A DNA stretch of 64,000 nt from Mustelus asterias (Eukaryota): positions 3,472,001 to 3,536,000 of the forward strand of contig NC_135811.1 in assembly GCF_964213995.1 (NCBI RefSeq), in the 5' to 3' direction. A model generated the notes under the pieces. That model was not told the DNA's origin and did not search any database. It saw only the letters and a program-made list of their open reading frames with translations. Shown here piece after piece: positions 35,366-47,979 of the stretch. Made by a program: the position numbers and the translations under genes. Within the stretch, counting starts at the first letter, position 1. Each line of letters opens with the position of its first letter.

Positions 35366-37970
35366 AAGAACATAAGAACTAGGAGCAGAAGTGGGCCATC
35401 TGGTCCCTCGAGCCTGCTCCGCCATTCAATAAGATCATGGCTGATCTTTTCGTGGACTCAGCTCCACTTACCCGCCGCTCACCATAACCCTTAATTCCTT
35501 TACTGTTCAAAAATGTATCTATCCTTGCCTTAAAAACGTTCAATGAGGTAGCCTCAACTGCTTCACTGGGCAGGGAATTCCACAGATTCACAACTCTTTG
35601 GATGAAGAAGTTCCTCCTCAATTCAGTCCTACATCTGCTTCCCCTTATTTTGAGGCTATGCCCCCCAGTTCTAGTTTCACCCGCCACTGGAAACAACTTC
35701 CCTGCTTCTATCTTATTTATTCCCTTCATAATCTTATATGGCTTCCTGCAGTTAAAACGCTGCTTTCTATAAGATCTCCCCTCATTCTTCTGAATTCCAA
35801 TGAGTATAGCCCCAGTCTACTCAGTCTCTCCTCATAAGCCAGCCCTCTCAACTCCGGAATCAATCTAGTGAATCTCCTCTGCACCCCCTCCAGTGCCAGT
35901 ATATCCTTTCTCAACTAAGGAGACCAAAACTGTACACAGTACTTCAGGTGTGGCCTGACCAGCACCTTATAGAGTGCAACATGACCTCGCTGTTTTTAAA
36001 CTCCATCCCTCTCGTAATGAAGGACAAAATTCCATTTGCCTTCTTAATTACCTGCTGCACCTGCAAACCAACTCCTTGTGATTCCTGCACAAGGACACCC
36101 AGGTCCCTCTGCACAGCAGCATGCTGCAATTTTTTACCATTTAAATAATAGTCCATTTTGCTGTTATTCCAACTAAAATGAATGACCTCACATTTACCAA
36201 CATTGTACTCCATCTGCCAGACCCTCGCCCACTCACTTAGACTATCTATATCCCTTTGCAGACTTTCAGCGACCTTTGCACACTTTGCTCTGCCACTCAT
36301 CTTACACTTGGTCCCCAACTCCAAATCATCTATGTAAATCGTAAACAATTGCGGTCCCAACACTGATCCCTGAGGCACACCACTAGTCACTGATCGCCAA
36401 CCAGAAAAACACCCATTTACCCCCACTCTTTGCTTTCTGTTAGTTAACCAATCCTCTATCCATGCTAATACATTACCCGTAATACCGTGCACCTTTATCT
36501 TCTGTAGCAGTCTTTGGTGCGGCACCTTGTCAAATGCCTTCTGGAAATCCAGATACGCCACAACCACAGGTTCCCCATTGTCCACTGCACATGTAATGTT
36601 CTCAAAGAATTCCACCAAATTAGTCAAACATGACCTGCCCTTCATGAACCCATGCTGCATCTTACCAATGGGACAATTTATATCCAGATGTCTCGCTATT
36701 GCTTCCTTGATGATAGATTCAAGCATTTTCCCTACTCCAGAGGTTAAGCTAACCGGCCTATAGTTACCCGCCTTTTGTCTACCTCCTTTTTTAAACAGTG
36801 GCGTCACATTTGTTGTTTTCCAATCTGTGGGAACCACCCCAGAGTCCAGCGAATTTTGGTAAATTACCACTAGTGCATTTGCTATTTCTCCCGCCATCTC
36901 TTTTAGTACCCTGGGATGCATCCCATCAGGGCCATGAGTCTTGTCTACCTTTAACACCATTAACTTGCCCAACACTACCTCTTTCATGACAATGATAGTT
37001 TCTAGGTCCTCACCTGCCATAGCCTTCCTGTTATTTGTGTCTTCCACTGTGAAGACCGACACAAAATACCTGTTCAATGCCTCAGCCATTTTCTCATTTC
37101 CAGTTATTAAATCCCCCTTCTCATCCTCCAAAGGACCAATGTTTACTTTAGCCACTCTTTTTCATTTTGTATGTAGAAACTTTTGCTATCTGTTTTTATA
37201 TTCTGAGCTAGTTTACTCTCATAATCCATCTTACTTTTCTTTATAGCTTTTTTCGTGGCTTTCTGCTGACCTTTAAAGATTTCCCAATCCTCTAGGTTCC
37301 CACTAATCTTTGCCACTTTGTATGCATTTTCTTTCAGTTTGATATCCTCCTTTATTTCCTTAGATATCCATGGTTGATTATCTCTTTTTCTACAGTCCAT
37401 CCTTATCACTGGTATATACTTTTGCTGAGCACTGTGAAAGATCGCTTTGAAAGTCCTCCACTGTTCCTCAACTGTCCCACCATAAAGTTTTTGCTCCCAG
37501 TCTACCTTAGCCAACTCCTCCCTCATTCCATTGTAGTCTCCTTTGTTTAAGCACAAGACACTGGTATTGGATTTTACCTTCTCACACTCCATCTGTATTT
37601 TAAATTCAACCGTACTGTGATCGCTCCTTCTGAGAGGATCCCTAACTGCAAGATCATTAATTTTTCGTGTCTCATTACACAAGACCAGATCTAGGATAGC
37701 TTGCTCCCTTGTCGGTTCCATTACATACTGTTCAAGGAAGCTATCGCGGATACATTGTATGAACTCCTCCTCAAGGCTGCTTTGACCAATTGATATGTAG
37801 ATTAAAATCCCCCATGATAATTGTTGTACCATTTTTACATGCATCAGTTACTTCTTTGTTTATTTCTCGCCCCACCATGATGTCATTATTTGGTGGCCTA
37901 TAGACTACGCCTATCAGTGACTTTTTCTCCTTACTATTTCTAATTTCCACCCAAATGGATTCAACCTTTT
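35366..37970 (-). mobile_element. CR1 LINE with partial APE endonuclease and RT
   Basis: GVVYRPPN, ILDLVLCNE, SDH, RT ORF 35944-37155; tail (TTCTTATG). Confidence 0.93.
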
Positions 37971-39576
37971 TGTAATGTATCTCCTGGTCTCTTCTGCCAT
38001 GCATGTGCTCTAGCTAATGTTTTCCAACCTCCGTGTTTCTGCACACATCTATTGCTTTCTTGGAAGTAAGTTGCTCTTTTCGTAGACAGGCTCGCACAGT
38101 TGGACCTCTCATGCCTAATTCTATCTTTAATGAGATCATCTTTTAATTGCCCAAATTCACAGAATTCTTCGAGCTGTTTACGACATTTGCATATTGATCA
38201 ATGGATTCTTTATCACTTTGAGATTTAATGTTGAATACATAGCATTCATAAGTTACATTCACTTAGGATTTAAAGTGTGCCTTTCAAAATCTCCACAGTC
38301 TGTATTTTCTGTTATTGGATAGACTTAAGGTGGAATAAAATTTGTAGCCGTTTCTCTCCAGCAGTGTTAAAAGTGTTGCTACTCATAGCAGCTCTGGCTT
38401 GTTAATTAAACCTGTTGCAAGTGAAACAAGAAACCATTCCTGCTGCATATCTCCTTTCATTTCAACTGGAGCCGATAGTAGGAAATTTACAGCCATTTTT
38501 GGTTCACCCTGTATTTTACTTGCAGCCTTCAGCTGCCTAGGCCCCAAGCTCTGGAATTCCCTCCCTAAACTGCTCCATTCTCTACCTCACTCTCCTCCTC
38601 CAGACATTCCTTCAAACCTTTCTCTTTGACCAAGCATTTGGCCATCTGTCCAAATCTTTATTTCTGGCTCAGTGTCAAATGTTGTTTGATACTATCTCTG
38701 TGAAGTCTCTAGGGACCTGTTGCTGGGTTAGGGTGCTATACAAGTTCAAATTGATGTTGTTAAAGTGTAGTCACTGTTGCAGCGTAGGCAAATGTACCAA
38801 TTCCTGCTTCAGAACCAGTGATGCAAGAGCAGCTCAGAATCCCAGGGTTTTAATTGAAATTGGGAGGGAACTTGGGAGTATTTTGCACAAAAAAAGCAAT
38901 AAAGGAATCTTGTTTACACGGTTAAAAGCTGTGCTGTAATAGAGATCTACACTCCCCCACATGCACAGCTGTCCCCAACAGTTGTCACAGGAACAGTGAG
39001 CAGCTCACGCCCGCCACGGAGTGTCAAACCCGAGGAATGTGACGCGGTGGGAGAGGGAAGAGGTGCGGTTTGTCATTCCCACTTCATTGTGGTGAATAAA
39101 GAGGGAATGGCCTTCCTATCCCGGATTGGAGGAGCTAACAGCAGCTTCAGATCACAAATCAATCAGGACCCAACAGTTGTCACTCCGAGGGGAGCAAAGC
39201 CCATTGTTGAGTGAAAGTGTAACTCACAGCGATGACTGACACCCTATTGAGGCTATAAGGAGTTGAGAAAGGGATTAACAGGATTATACCGTCTATCTGT
39301 GTGTCAAACGGATTAGCTCAATTTGAGTGGAAGTGTCAAGATTCTTTCAGCTCAGCTGTCTGACAACCAGTGGCTTCACTGCAAAAACCCAGGTGTTCGG
39401 ATATTCAGAATGAATATTTAGGAGCGCGATAGAGGAGGCGGCGCAAGAAATTAAAATAACCCAATCAAAGGAACAGGAGTTAATCTTCTAACGGAAGAAA
39501 TAAAAATGATGAGGCAGAGGAGAGAGAGAGAGAGAGCCACAAAGATGGGAGTGGAAAAACAACTGAGAAGTAAAGA

Positions 39577-40353
39577 GAATCCAGTGTCGGGGCGGAGGGG
39601 GTGAGCTGGAATCCAGTGTCGGGGCGGAGGGGGTGAGCTGGAATCCAGTGTCGGGGCGGAGGGGGTGAGCTGGAATCCAGTGTCGGGGCGGAGGGGGTGA
39701 GCTGGAATCCAGTGTCGGGGCGGAGGGGGTGAGCTGGAATCCAGTGTCGGGGCGGAGGGGGTGAGCTGGAATCCAGTGTCGGGGCGGAGGGGGTGAGCTG
39801 GAATCCAGTGTCGGGGCGGAGGGGGTGAGCTGGAATCCAGTATCGGGGCGAAGGGGATGAGCTGGAATCCAGTGTCGGGGCGAAGGGGATGAGCTGGAAT
39901 CCAGTATCGGGGCGGAGGGGGAGAGCTGGAATCCAGTGTTGGGGTGGAAGGGGAAAGGAGGTGAGCTGGAATCCAGTGTCAGGGCAGAGGGGGTGAGCTG
40001 GAATCCAGTATCGGGGAGGAGGAGGAGGAGAGCTGGAATCCAGTGTCGGGGCGGAGGGGGTGAGCTGGAATCCAGTGTCAGGGCAGAGGGGGAGAGCTGG
40101 AATCTAGTGTCGGGGCGGAGGGGGGAGCTGGAATCCAGTACCGGGGAGGAGGGGGAGAGCTGGGATCCAGTGTCGGGCGGAGGGGGTGAGCTGGAATCCA
40201 GTGTCGGGGCGGGGGAGAGCTGGAATTCAGTGTCGGGGCGGGGGAAGAGCTGGAATTCAGTGTCGGGGCGGGGGAAGAGCTGGAATTCAGTGTCGGGGCG
40301 GGGGGAGAGCTGGAATCCAGTGTCGGGCGGAGGGAGAGAGCTGCAATCCAGTG
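39577..40353 (+). repeat. 32-bp G-rich minisatellite, about 24 copies
   Basis: (GAGCTGGAATCCAGTGTCGGGGCGGAGGGGGT)n, degenerating toward the 3' end. Confidence 0.96.
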
Positions 40354-40387
40354 CTGGTCGTTATCAGTCATTTTACCTGTGTTTCAG

Positions 40388-40556
40388 GTGAGAGACATGG
40401 CTCACTCCATTAATCCAGCCCTGGTTGCTCTGGCTTGTGGTTCCTATCGACGTGGGAAGCCCACCTGTGGGGATGTAGACATTCTGATCACACATCCAGA
40501 TGGAAAATCGCACAGAGGTGTTTTCAGTAAGATCCTGGCTGGGCTGAGGGACACAG
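40388..40556 (+). CDS. POLL: DNA polymerase lambda coding exon 6 (palm)
   Basis: cag|[39 protein letters not shown]...; Pol X motif GSYRRG..GDVD with two catalytic Asp; G|gtgagt. Confidence 0.97.
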
Positions 40557-40942
40557 GTGAGTGTGAACAAGCAATGTGGCAATGGGCACGGTACAGGCTT
40601 ATCAGCACAGGTATCTCAGTATGCTGCACTGGAGGGGTCGTTCACAGCACCCTCAGCACGATCACGGGGGAGCAGCGCTCTCACCGTTCTTCGAGGGTTC
40701 AGGGATGATTCCTCCTCCAGATACTCCAACGCTTCATCCAGCCAAACACTTCAGTAATGAGCTCATCTTGGGTGAGATGGCAACCCAAGGCACCATCTCT
40801 CACCTCAGGTGGACATGAATGATGGACAGCTACTTTCTCAGATCCAGGGAAGTTATATTTGGCGCCCTGACCAATATTTACCCAACCAACATCACTGAAA
40901 CATGTTATCTGATCATTTATCAAATTAGTGCTTGTGGGAAAT

Positions 40943-41670
40943 TGTAGAGGGAGCTTTACTCTGTATCTAACCCCGTGCTGTATGTCCTGGGACTGTTTGA
41001 TGGGGACAGTATAGAGAGAGCTTTACTCTACATCTAACTCTGTGCTGTACCTGTCCTGGAAGTGTTTGATGGAGGACAGTGTAGAGAGAGCTTTACTCTG
41101 TATCTAACCCCGTGCTGTACCTGTCCTGGGAGTGTTTGATGGGGACAGTGTAGAGGAAGTTTAACTCTGTATCTAACCCCGTGCTGTACCTGTCCTGGGA
41201 GTGTTTGATGGGGACAGTGTAGAGAGAGCTTTACTCTGTATCTAACCCCGTGCTGTACCTGTCCTGGGAGTGTTTGATGGGGACAGTGTAGAGGAAGTTT
41301 AACTCTGTATCTAACCCCGTGCTGTACCTGTCCTGGGAGTGTTTGATGGGGACAGTATAGAGAGAGCTTTACTCTGTATCTAACCCCGTGCTGTACCTGT
41401 CCTAGGAGTGTTTGATGGGGACAGTGTAGAGGAAGTTTAACTCTGTTTCTAACCCCGTGCTGTACCTGTCCTGGAAGTGTTTGATGGAGGACAGTGTAGA
41501 GAGAGCTTTACTCTGTATCTAACCCCGTGCTGTACCTGTCCTGGGAGTGTTTGATGGGAACAGTATGGAGGGAGCTTTACTTTGTATCTAACCTCGTGCT
41601 GTACCTGTCCTGGGAGTGTTTGATGGGGACAGTGTAGAGGGAGCTGTACCCTGTATCTAACCCGTGCTGT
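40943..41670 (+). repeat. 69-70-bp tandem repeat, about 10 copies; dispersed family
   Basis: (CTTTACTCTGTATCTAACCCCGTGCTGTACCTGTCCTGGGAGTGTTTGATGGGGACAGTGTAGAGAGAG)n; also at about 15595-15760 (+) and 2405-2467 (-). Confidence 0.96.
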
Positions 41671-41775
41671 AGCTGACTCCAGACTGAGCCGTGTAGATTT
41701 GCAGAGAGATTTTGCAGTTTCTTGAGCACAGGATATTTTCTATTTGAAGTTTGATCTTGAATTTTCTGTTGAAAG

Positions 41776-42137
41776 GATTTCTGACTGATGATCTGGTGAC
41801 TCGGGAGGACATTGGAAATCAGAAAAAATACCTGGGAGTTTGCCAGCTCCCAGGTGCTGAGCATCGTCAGCGGCGGCTCGATATCATTGTGGTGCCGTAC
41901 AGCGAGTTTGCCTGCGCCCTGTTGTACTTCACCGGCTCCGCGCACTTTAACCGGTCCATGCGTGCATTGGCCAAGACAAAAGGCATGAGTCTATCGGAGC
42001 ACTCACTGAACTGCCACGTCCTGAGAAAGGGGAGAGCCAAAATCAGCACCGGCGTCACAATCCCCACAACAACTGAACAAGACATCTTTGAGCAGCTGGG
42101 ACTGCCGTATAGGAAGCCGTGTGAGAGAGACTGGTGA
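41776..42137 (+). CDS. POLL: DNA polymerase lambda coding exon 7 (last)
   Basis: aag|GA FLTDDL...[31 protein letters not shown]...[13 protein letters not shown]. Total CDS 1758 nt = 585 aa, uninterrupted. Confidence 0.97.
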
Positions 42138-43074
42138 CGTCCTGCTGCAGGCTGGCAGAGGCCTGTTTGCCTGTGGCTGTCGGTGCATCACCCAGTGAGG
42201 TCCTGAAACACACAGGCCAGGAACACGCCAGCTTCAACTCCTGGTCTGTGCTAAGCTGCTGCTTTGAGTGGTTTTTATGTCCTTATCATGAAACAACAGT
42301 TCACCTTTGGTGAGCTTTACAGTCTGAGAAAACAAACGGGTCTGTAGGGTAGGAACATAGGGAGGTTCTTAATCAATCACTGGGTCAGTTGTGGCTGATT
42401 TGGCCACCACTAAATGTCAGGGAAAGGGTGCAAAGAAGATGTATTGCAGATGTACTGTTTTAAGTTATGTAAAGATACCGGAGAAGCAGGTATTCTTCTC
42501 ATTAGGGCCGAGAAAATTAATAGAGGAGATTTAATAGAGATGTTCAAATCATTATGGGGTTGGATAGAGTCAATCCATTTTACCCACAGACAGCTGAAAG
42601 ATCAAAGATTTACAGTAATCGACAAAAAACCAAAAAGGGGGGATGAGATTTTTAATGTAGTGAGTTGTTATCTGGATTGCGCTTCCTCAATGGACGGGGA
42701 AACAGACTCAATAATAACTTTTAAAATTGTAGAGTGGAAAAAGGAGGGGGAGGTGAACTAAATGAATCTCTCTCTCAAAGAGCTGGCCAGGCATGATGGG
42801 CTAAATGGCCTCCCACGTGTTACGATTCCACGTCTCTGCTGTCTGCTTCACCTCATCCTTCTTTGCCTGTTGAATCCCTCAAAACCTGGGTGGCCTCCTG
42901 CACTCTACAGTTCAGCTTTCTCTGTGGCCCCACACAGTAACAGGGCAGGACAGGCTCACCATCCCCGCTCCGCACTCCCACCTTCAAGGAACCAACAACC
43001 CACTATCCCATGCAGATATGCAGTCAACAATTAGAAACGGGAGGAAGCCACTCAACCCCTTGAAAACCTTTCCT

Positions 43075-46000
43075 CTAAAAACAGGCATTAGAATCTTCTA
43101 CAAATGAGTAAAAAGGAGAAGAGTAGCTAAAGTGAGATGGGAATTGATGGGAAATGAGGCAGAGACTTTGAACAAGAATTTTATGTCCATCTTCGCAGGA
43201 GAAGATCCAAAAAGCATCCCAAGAATAATGAAAAATCAAGAGGCAAAATGGGGGGAGGAACTTAGAACCATCAGTATCAGTAAAGAAAAAGTAATAGGTG
43301 CCTCCAGACTTGATGGCCTGAATCCAGGGTCTTAAAGAGGGGATAGTGGTTACATTTAATGCATTGATTTTTGTAAAATTTCTTAGATTCTCAAAAGAGG
43401 TGGATTGGAAAATCACAAATCTAAAGAGAAATCATGTTTGACATATTTATCAGAGTAGATTTAACAAACGGGTGAATAAAGGAGAACCAGTCGATGTGAT
43501 ATATTTGGATTTCCGAATGGCATTCCTTAAGGTACCACATAAAAGATCGCCATGCAAGAGCATAGGTGTGGGGTGGGGGGGGGGGGGGGGGGGGGGCGAT
43601 ATATTAGCATGGATAGAGGACCAGCTAACTAACAGAACACAGAGAGTCAGGATAGATAATTTTCAGGTGGGCAAACTAACGAGTGGAGTGTTGCTGGGGC
43701 CTTGGCTATTTACACTAATGACTTGGACGAAGGGACAGACTGTATTGTAGTCAAATTGCTGATGATACCAAGGTAGATAGGAAAGCAAGTTGCAAGGAGG
43801 ATACAATGAGTGGGATTTTCCAGCCGCGCATTCAGGTGGGATTTTCTGATCCTGTTGCAGTGAATAGAGGTTTGGTGAACTGCTGAAAAATCCCAGCCAA
43901 AGAGTCTGAAAGATGAAATAATAAAAGGGAGTAATATACTGTCATGGATTGAGGATTGGTTATTGGGCAGAAAACGGAGAGTTGGGATAAAGGGATCATT
44001 CTCAGGTTGGCCGGCTGTGACTATTGGGGTACCACAAAGATCAATGCTGGGGGCTCCAGCTATTCACAGTCTATGATTTGAATGTGAGGACTGAAAGTAA
44101 TATTTTCAAGTTTGCCCATGACACAAAACGTGGTGAGAATGTTGAAGTTCAAATTTTTTTATTAGTCACAAGTAGGCTTGTATTAACACTGCAATGAAGT
44201 TACTGTGAAATTCCCCTAGTCGCCACACTCCGGCGCCTGTTCGGGTCAATGCACCCTAACCAGCATGTTTTTCAGAATGTGGGGGGAAACTGGAGCACCC
44301 GGAGGAAACCCACGCAGACAACGTGCAAACTCCACACTGACAGTGACCCAAGCCGGGAATCGAACCCGGGTCCCTGGCACTGTGAAGTAGCAGTGCTAAT
44401 CACTGTGCTACTGTGCCATCAATGTGAGCTGTGAGGAGAATATAAAGTGACTTCAAGGGGAGTTAGGCAGGCTGAGTGAGTGAAAGAACATGGCGGATGG
44501 AATATAGTGTGGGAAAATGTGAATTTATCTACTTTGGTAGGAAAAGCAGAACTGCTTGGATTGGAGATTGGATTGGAGAGTGTTGATGTCCCAGGTGTTC
44601 TCGTTCATGACTCACTGAAAACTATCAAGCAGGTACAACAAGCAATTAGAAAGGCAAATGGTATCTTAGCCTTTATCCCAAGAGGATTTGAGTACAGGAG
44701 TAAGGAAATCTTGCTGCAATTGTTGCGAGTTTTTGTTAGATCACACCTGGAGTACAGTGTGCAGTTTTGGTGGCCATGGAAGAAATGTAATAAAGGTTAA
44801 CCAGACTAATCCCGAAACAGCAGAAGTGTCCTCTGAGGACAGGTTGAGGAGACTGAGCCGTATACTATAGTTTAGATAAATGAGAGGCCATCTCATTAAA
44901 GTGTACAAAATTCTTAACAGGGCTTGACCGGGGTGATACAGGAAGGATGTTTCCCCTGTTTGGGTGGGTCTCGAACACAGTCTCAGAATAAGAGGTAGGC
45001 TAGGAGTGAGAGGAAGAGGAATTTCTTCAATCAGAGGGTAGTGACTCTGGAGTTCTCCACCTCAGAGAGCTGTGAAGGTTCGGTCAGTGAGTGTTGTGTA
45101 CAGCAGAGGCCAATAGATTACTAGATATCAGTGACATCAAAGGATACAGGGACAGTGTGGGAAGATGATGTTGGAGTATCAGATCATCAATGCTCTAGTT
45201 AAATGTAGTGAAGCAGACTCGAGGGATCGAATGGCCGATTCTTGCTCCTTATGTTCCTGAAAGTTAAGTGAACATACAAAAATTTGGCATTTAGAGTATA
45301 ATGTGGGAAGAATGTGATATTATCCACTTTGACAAGAATAGAAAAGCAGAGTATTATTGAAATAGTGATAGTGCAGAATGCTATCGTGCAGAGGGATCTG
45401 GGTGCCCTTGTACATGAATCACAAGTTAGCATGCAGATACAGCAAGCAATTAGGCAGGCAAATGGAAAGTTGACTTTTATCCAAAAATGTGCGGGTTAGG
45501 TTGGTTGGCCAGGTTAAAAATTGCCCCTTAGAGTACTGGGATGCGTAGGTTAGAGGGATTAGCGGGTAAATATGTGGGGGTAGGGCCTGGGTGGGATTGT
45601 GGTCGGTGCAGACTCGATAGGCCGAATGGCCTCCTTCTGCACTGTAGGGATTCTATGATTTCTATGATTTTATTGCAAGGGGAATGGAGTATAAAAGTGA
45701 GGAAGAATTGGTACAATTGTACAGGAGATTGGTGAGACCACAACTAGGGTACTGTGGACAATTTATATCACATTGTTCTAAGGAGGGACATATTTGAATT
45801 GGAGGCAGTTCAGAGAAGATTAATCGACCGATTCCTGGGATGAACTGGTTGTCTTATGAGGAAAGGTTGGAGTTTAGACGAATGAGAAGTGATCTGATTG
45901 AAACAGATGTTGAGACTGGACAGGGTAGATGCTGGGAGGATTTTTCATCTCCTGGGGGAATCTAGAACTGGGGGCACATTTTAGAAAAAGAGGATCAGCC

Positions 46001-46262
46001 ATTTAAGACAGAGGTGAGGAGGAATTTCCTCTCTCAAGAGGGTTGTTCATATTTGGAATTCTCTCCCACATGAGCAGTGGACTCAGTCATGAAAAATATT
46101 TAAGGCTGAGGTAGATATGTTTTGATTGACAAGGGAGTCAAGGGCTTTGGGGACAGATAAGAAAGTGAAATTAAGGCACATTAGATCAACCAGCATCTTA
46201 TTGATTGGCAGAGCAAACTCCAGAGGCCAAATAGGCCAACTCCTGTTTCTTTTGTTCTTATG
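43075..46262 (+). mobile_element. Cluster of decayed CR1 fragments with nested SINEs
   Basis: GEPVDVIYLDF, QQAIRKANG, RSHLEYSVQFW; two CR1 3' ends at about 45257 and 46262. Confidence 0.8.
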
Positions 46263-46795
46263 AACTTGTTCTGTCATTCACTTAGATCGAGTGATCTGTA
46301 TCTTAACTCCATTTACCCACCTTGGTTCCATATCCTTAAACATCCTCACCCAACAATAATCTTTCATCGTCAATTCTGAAAGCTCCAAGTGACCCCCAGT
46401 CTCAAGAGCCTTTTTTGGGGGAAGAGAGTTCCACTAGTTTTTGTTTGAAGTGCTTCCCGACATCACCCCTAAACAGCCTAGCTCTAATTTTAAGGGTATG
46501 CTCCTTTTTTCTGGACTTGCCCACGAGAGAAAGCAGTTTCTTTCCATCCACCACTTCTAATCATCAGAAATACCATGAAAGGATATGACCCCCATCAATA
46601 CTGAGGTGCATTTTAAGAAGTTGCTGTATTAAGTGAACCTTCCTCAGTCTTCCTTTGGGTCTGACTGAGAAAGAGCTGCACTAAATGTAGATCAACTTTA
46701 CCCAGAACAGCTGATGTTCAGTTGAAGCTGAAACGAGATGTGTTGCCACCTTGTGGTCAGAAATAAACCATGACCATTGCCTGTTTAAAGAGGGA

Positions 46796-46859
46796 TCCGA
46801 AAGCTCGTGATACCAGATAAACCCGTTGGACTGTAACCTGGTGTTGTGAGACTTCTTAA
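46796..46859 (+). mobile_element. 64-bp Penelope 3'-end insertion
   Basis: TCCGAAAGCTC...AACCTGGTGTTGTGAGACTTCTTA matches the element end at 5870-5940; 14-bp TSD TGTTTAAAGAGGGA (46782-46795, 46860-46873). Confidence 0.8.
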
Positions 46860-47227
46860 TGTTTAAAGAGGGAAATAGGTCACTGACAAACATTTGGAAA
46901 CTGATCTTTATTTGGTGGGTGCATAACTGGAAAACCAGGAAGGCCAATGTTCAGACGATACAGTCAGCCCTGAGGAACATTAGAAATCAAATAGGATCCT
47001 TCTGACACTGTACAGTACACCTCTGATGGAAAAGTGTGTGGACATTAATTAAAGGCAATATCATGCTCAGCTATGATGCCCTCCACAGTAAAATAACCTG
47101 CTTGGGGGAGGGAGGGTACCCATCACCTGAGTGATCCTATATCAGTCGGAGTTGTTGTGTCAGGCAAACGAGTAAATAGCAGGTACACATTGTTTTCACA
47201 CACTGCCCACAGTATCTGCTTTGATTT

Positions 47228-47546
47228 GGGGGCAGCACAGTGGTTAGCACTGCTGCTTCATAGCGCTGGCGACCTGCGTTTGATTCCCAGCTTGGGTCAC
47301 TGTGTGTGGAGTTTGCACATTCTCCCCATGTCTGCGTGGGTTTCCTCTGGGTGCTCCGGTTTCCTTCCACACTCCAAAGATGTGCGGGTTAGGTGGGTTG
47401 ACCATGCTAAATTGCCTCTTAGAGTCAGGGGACTAGCTAGGGTAAATGCATGGGGTTATGGGGATAGGGCTTGGGTGGGATTGTGGTCGGTGCAGACTGG
47501 ATGGGCTGAATGGCCTCCTTCTGCACTGTAGGATTCTATGATTCTG
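47228..47546 (+). mobile_element. HE1-like V-SINE
   Basis: Head, V-core and tail present. Further copies at 45487-45668 (3' part), 59642-59957 and 62294-62584. Confidence 0.85.
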
Positions 47547-47979
47547 TAACTTCCCCAGCATCTTAATTCTTTCCAGATCTGTGGATGAACACAGAAAAAA
47601 GTCATTCTTGAGCAAGATGTGATGACTAAATTTATATTTATTTGTGACTTCAGTGTACCTATGTGTTGAATAAAATCAGGTTACAGCAAGTGAATGACAG
47701 GGTAATTCCACTTCACGCCTTGTGTCGGATGTAGTTTAGCACAGTTCTCCAAATGGCTGAACAAGGGTGTAATGTTATCAGTTTACTGACATGTCAGAGT
47801 GCAATAAATAATATTAAATCTTGCATCGCTGTTGTTTCCAATGCTGCACCTGGACTGAGCCACGCTGAATCTCCAATTCCCCCATCATATTGACTAAACG
47901 GGTATGAACAGCAGGTTTCCTTCCGTAAAGGTCATCAGTAAACTAGTTGGGTTTTACAGCAATTATTTACCCTTATTGT

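Larger units (their letters stand above)
31540..38420 (-). mobile_element. Degraded Gypsy/Ty3 LTR-retrotransposon gag-pol relic split by later LINEs
   Basis: Frameshifted pieces: GEYHLEVDRSVRPIQH and DLNKALKRSHRPVPTI..LAKAKIFTTL (32900-33220); LPGVEARVDD..IADHNENL, NLKLNKKELQL, GFVNYLAK (32300-32690); gag-like remnants at about 37970-38400. Confidence 0.7.

Noticed and set aside
38983-39365. Possible LTR (TGTCA...TGACA, internal AATAAA)
   Set aside because: No second copy, TSD or convincing primer-binding site in the window.
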